Source: Camelus ferus (taxonomy: Eukaryota). From it: a DNA stretch of 64,000 bases. Below are positions 55,201-61,200 of this stretch, piece after piece; within the stretch, counting starts at the first letter, position 1, and the number at the start of each line of letters is the position of its first letter. The notes under the pieces are model-generated. The model was not told the origin of the DNA, made no database searches, and saw only the letters and a program-made list of their open reading frames with translations. The position numbers and the translations under genes were made by a program. The stretch lies in assembly GCF_009834535.1 (NCBI RefSeq), contig NC_045696.1, positions 47,122,001-47,186,000 on the forward strand, written 5' to 3'.

Positions 55201-58200
55201 TCCCATAAATAGAAGAGTGCTAGACTCCTTAACTTGAGATGTCTGATTTTCTTTAATTAACAATAATCTTTTGATGTTCCAACTACTTGGTCTTTGTTAC
55301 AAAAACTCACATATCCTGGCTCCTCCCCTACCTCTTGGGAGCTATCCCTTAGCCCTATCTGAGAGGCTGCCTCCTGGGGTTGAGGTCCTCAGAATGTCCG
55401 CTGAATAAAACATAACTCTCAACTTTTAGGTTGTGTATTTTTTCAGTCAAGCAGAACTCATCTCAGCCTTCATGGATTTGCCCTGGAATTGGCTTCCATG
55501 TATTTCCTATGCTCCCCCCACTGATCGTTTATCACATCTCCCAGGCTTTTACCCACCACTCCCTCCACAAGTCGGGCACATTTCTATCTCCCCCATCAGC
55601 CCAGGTAGCACTGGCCACTCTCTCTGCTAGCAGGAAGAAGGGTGAAAACTGGGAAGCCAGGTCTCTCCTAAGCCAGACAAAATACGACATTACAAACTGC
55701 TTCTCACAGTAGGAATCTTAACGTAGGTTTGGAGTGGGGCCGTGGAATTTCTATATCTAACTAGCATCCCAGGTAAGGCTGATACACACTAGAACCACTG
55801 CTATGTTAAATATGTATCAGAAATACATAAATTCTGGGTCTAAATTCTCATGTAAAATATGGCCTGCTGGAACACTGATGGGTAGCACAGCCCCAAAAGA
55901 AAAGAATAACTTAGATCAGTCTAAAATCATTAAATTCTGTTTTCAGTAAGTCCAAAGAGCAGGAAAAAGTTTCATGTATATAACTGTATATAAACCCCCA
56001 CCCCTTTTTTTAACTTAGCACTGTGCTATGTGAGGTGGAGAATATAATAAAGGTGGATACAGCCTCATACTTGCTTTTGAGATGTTTGGGGATAACAGTA
56101 GTCCTGGTAGTAAGAGAAGAGGAATGTAAAAGGGAGTGAGTAACGGCACATGGGCATCAGATTAGAGATGGAGGCTCGGGTGCCAGGGCCGAGGGTCTGG
56201 AGTCTATGATGCACACACTACGGGACCTGAAGCTTGCTCCTCAGGGAAGCAACATGGTATTTGTTTAAGGCAATGGTTCTCAGTCCTGAATCACCCAGAA
56301 CCACCCACACAGATAATATGGACCCACATAGGGTCTGCTTAATCAAAATAGCTGTGAGTAGAGCCTAGGCATCTTTCTTTTTATTTTCTAATGCTTCACA
56401 AATGAGTTTGATGCAAAGCCAAGGTTGAAAACAGCTGTTTTAAGAACACAACTGATTGTAATATTGATTTGGACTGGGGAAGGGCAAATAGGGAAATCAA
56501 AATCATGAAAGCCAGTTAGGAGCATACGTCAATAAACCTGAAGATCTCAGTAAAGCTTTTCTCAGGACCCACTAAAATCCTGTCTTTTGATTTGCTAATG
56601 GGTTATGGGCTACACACAGAATTTAAATTAAGATCCAGAGCTTCCTGGCTCCCATTATAGATTTTGATGTGTTTATATAGTTAAAACCCATCTAATAGTT
56701 TGTCCCTTTTTCACAGATATCTTGTCAATGAAATCACTTCACTATAAAACAGGGTGTCTCTTTAAATGTTTTCATTGTCCGTGTTGGATGAAAGGCTAGA
56801 GTATTTGAAAAAGCACTGAAAAGCATGTGCCTCTATTTTTTTTCACATCAACACCGCCTGCAAAACAAGGGAATCTAATTAGAAAGTTGATTTGAAGAAC
56901 AAATGATGTGGCCACTCACAGCCTGCAGCTGAAGAAGCAGGTCATTCTTTTCCTGGATGAGGGAGACTTGCTCTGCTTTCAGTTCCTCCCTCTGTGATTC
57001 CGATTCCTCCAAGGCTTTTTGCAGCTGCACACACTCTTCCTTCAGTCCAGCTCCCTCCTTTCCCATCCCAGCAGATCTAACAAGAGGCTTGATCTTGAAG
57101 AAGAGCCTCATCCAAGGCCAGCTCTTCACAGCCATGAAAGCTCTTATGTTCCACTGGATCAAAAGAAGTGCATCCCTAAATCAAGAGAAAAAAAACAAAG
57201 AAAAGCAAGATAAACCAGATTATAAGAGAGTTATCTTCCAAATTAAGATCCTTAATAAGCACATCTTTTTAGGAGTCATTATCAGTTCTCATTAGTCTTC
57301 AAAGCACTTCTACATCCAAGCTCTCATTTGATTCTGGCAGACACCCTTGGAGGAAATTTTGGGGCTAGCAATGTTATGGACTAGGTGTCCTGAAAATCCC
57401 CCACCATGAATATCCTTTAAATGAAAGCTGAGCCTTAAAGAGGGTAAGAAGTATAGAGGGAGCCAAAACAAACAAACAAACAAACAAACAAACAACAAAC
57501 AAACAAACAAAAACAGAGCAAAAAGTGAATGCTTGTACAGCCTGGCCATCCTTACGGAAGGAGGAAGCCAGTCTTCGTATTGCAGGGTTTGTATTTTTAT
57601 ATACTTGTGGGTAAAGAGTCAGGCTTAGGTTTTGAAAGAATTTCACCCTTAATGAAAAGGAAGATTTAAAAATTCACCCACTGGCACAGAGAGAAATTAA
57701 AGAGAAATAACATCTGATTTGCTCTGGGCTCAGGAATACTAGGATTCCAATGCTAGGACTTTTTTTTTTTTTTAACTATCAACCAATACTACTGGAGTGT
57801 TTGAGGTTTAAATTATAGTTCCTGATTAGAAAAGAAATATGTAGGAATTAGCATAATCATTTTTACACTGGTAATAAATACCCTCTGGGCCCTTGGGGGA
57901 AAAATGCAAAAGTGTACTGAAGTACTCAAGTACCAGAGATTCTCCTAAAGTCCCCTTGAAGATGAGCAAACAATTCAAAATTACAAAACACATATAGAGA
58001 AAAAAAATATCAACCATCAATGAGGGTATCTACAGTAAAAATTTTAATTAAACCCCCAAGAATTTCACATAATTGAACAGTTTGGTGGAGACCATAAAAT
58101 GATTGTTTAAAATTATTAAAGGCATAAAGGAAAGAATGGAAAATAAGAAAGAAATGAGCAACTATGATAAAAGGTCAAACAGATTTGAAAGAGGACCAAA

Positions 58201-61200
58201 TAAAATGTCTAATATTGAAAAGTACATTCATTGAAATCAAATACTCAGTGGAAGAATTAAGCAGCTGATTAGACACACTGAAAAAAAAATGGATTAAGAA
58301 AAATAAACCCAAAACAAGTAGATAGAAGGAAAAAATAAAGCTGAGATCAGAAACTAATGAACTAGAAAACAGAAAAATAAAGAAGCATTTTAAAGGTGGG
58401 TTATTAAATAGTCTAACAAAATAAACAAACATCTGACATGAATCATCGTGCCAAAGGAGAGAAGGCACAAATACACTAGGAATGATAATTCTCTAAGAAC
58501 ATAATAACCTAGGGTTATGCTCTAGAAATATAATTATAGATATATTAGAGATTAAAAATCATAATCTAGCAAATTTGAAGATTTAAAAGAAATGTAAAAT
58601 TTCTTTTTCTTAAACTCATTTAAGCTAATTCAAGAAGAAAACAAACTCAATAGGCCTGTAACTATTAAAAAATTAAATGAATGTAGTAAAATCTATCACA
58701 AAAGAAACACCAGATCTAGATGGTTTTATAAGCAAATTTTACCAACAACTCAAAATAAATAATCAAACAGATAATCCAAATAAATTGTTTCATGCTTTGG
58801 AAAGAGGAAATATTGCCCCACTCTTTTATGAGATGAAGGTAACCCTGATTCAAAGTCAGATAACAGTAGGAGATAAAATTATAGGCCAAATTTACTCATG
58901 AACATTGATGCAAAAATACTACAGTACTGTAACCAAACCCACAATGTATGAAAAAGATAATATTTCATAAACAAAGTGGGCTTAACATTTTTTTAAAAGT
59001 CTATTAATTTAATTCAACACATTTATAAGTTAATGGAAAAAAATCATATAATTACTTCAATAGATGCAGAAAAAGAATTTAACCATTTCCTGGTAAACAT
59101 GCTTAGCAAAATAAAATGGAATGCATGTCCTCCACACAATATATCATGTTTACCAAAAAAATCTACAGAAGCCATCATATTAAAAGAAAAAGAGTATCTT
59201 TCCCCAAAGACAGAAATATGATGAAGTTTGGCAGAAGTTTTTGAAGTCTGAAACATGACAAGTTGGTGAGAATATGGAGCCATGGGATCTTTATATACTC
59301 CTGGTAAAGAGTAAAATTGGAGAGCATTTTGGCAATAGCTCACAAAAGTGAAGTTGTATATCCTAAAACCTAGTAATTCAAACCCTGGAGAAGTGCCACT
59401 CAATGTGTGGGCCTTGGCCAGCTGCTACCCAAAGACTATCAGAGCATGGATCAGCATCTTGAGTAACAGTGCCTTCAAGAAACTCTTGCATTACGTGCAG
59501 GGGAAGACATTTACAAAAATGTCATTGCAGAAATGTTTGTAATAGCAAAAACTTATAAGAAAGCTTACTTGGACTGGAAAATGTATAAATAAATTGTAGT
59601 ATATTCATACAATGGAATGCTATACAACAGTGAAGATCAAACATCTAGCCTTAGATTTATCAATATTAATAAATTTCAAAACTAGTACTGGATATAAAGA
59701 ACAAACTTCAGGATGGATCCTTTCATAGAGGATAACTATATGAAGACTAAAAACATGCAAAATCATGAAACCTTTTAAGGATATTTGCATAACTCCACAG
59801 AACTTGAATCAAGGGAGAAATATGCAAGGGGCTTCAACTGTGTCTATTAATTTATTTTTAAATGCTGTAACTACAGAAAAAAATGCTAAACATTCATATG
59901 TTTTATATATGGAACATGAATAAAACATAGAATGTTAAACACAAATTCAGGATCTGGGGAGCTAGGCACAGGAAACAGATCAAGGGAGAAATACACAAAG
60001 AGCTTCAACATCGCTTATTAGTTAATTAATTAATGTTTAAGTTGTGAGCAATTACAGACAAGATGTTAGGAATTGATATACTTTGCTGATGGCTCCATGA
60101 ATATGCCTTAAAATTGTTTCTGCAATTTTTGCATTTGAAATATTTCATAATAATTCTTTTAAAGTCTTTCTATGATTTAGAAAGAATGGATAGTAAAGAC
60201 CTCATTTTAGAGATGAAGGAAGTAAACAATGGGAAAATTAAGAGTCTTAACTAAGTTTACATAATTGGTCATTGAAACCAGGACTCCTTATACCCAAACT
60301 GTCATAAACTCCCAAGAGACATGGAGGACTACATGGGAGTCACAGAAGACTCCTAGGAGTCTCTCTAGAAGACTCTTAGAAGACTCTCTAATATCTTTGA
60401 CATCACCATGCAATGATTTTATTCTTTGAGGAAACAGAAAGAATTAACAGACTGTCAGTTAGGCAAATTATATACCAAGACCTGTGGAAATCACTCCAGA
60501 AGGTAAACTATATTATGGTAAAAAGTAAACACAACAATCTCAGAATCCCTTGTCCGTTTGGAGTCCCTTTGGAGATTTTGCTAGCCTGCTTTCTATGCTT
60601 CTATTAAAGAATAAACAAAATCCACACCTCAGTGTCCAGAGGTGGTGATAAATATCCCTAGTGCACCTGCCTGAAATGAAGTAAAAGAGTTATGGTTACA
60701 TTTCACCACGAGCCCAGTTTCTGGCCTAGGGGAGGCTGTGTGTTCAGAACACACACCCGCTTTGCAACAAACTTCCCCACGGGGCTGGCTGTGGGATGCA
60801 TGCAAACCCTTCAGGTCTGCTTCTGTTTTGAATTATGAGTCATGCCACTCTCAGAGATCCAGATATCACCAACTATAAAAAAATCCCTCCAAAGGGAAGG
60901 CAGGAAGCAATGCAAGAAATATCTGAATTATGCTCATACTTGGTTAGACAGGGTAATAAAAGCCCTCTGTGTTCTATTTGGTGTTCCATAATTTTAAAAT
61001 TTCAAGTTAAGTCCCAGACTAAGCAGATGTGGCACAGCTCTTTACCCTGACCTCTTATAAGGCAACGAGAAAAGGTCACATTGACTGAGACATACTATTA
61101 CTCTAGCAGTGGGGGTGTAGGGTGGGGATATCATACCTCTCTTTCAGAGTCCTCTGGAATTTGATTTGCATCAGTTTTCCCCGTATTCTGGCTTGGAACA

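Noticed and set aside
60340..60390. 16-bp palindrome agactcctaggagtct with tagaagactc repeats
   Set aside because: Short slippage-type low-complexity repeat, with no spacers or associated genes; not CRISPR-like or otherwise interpretable.
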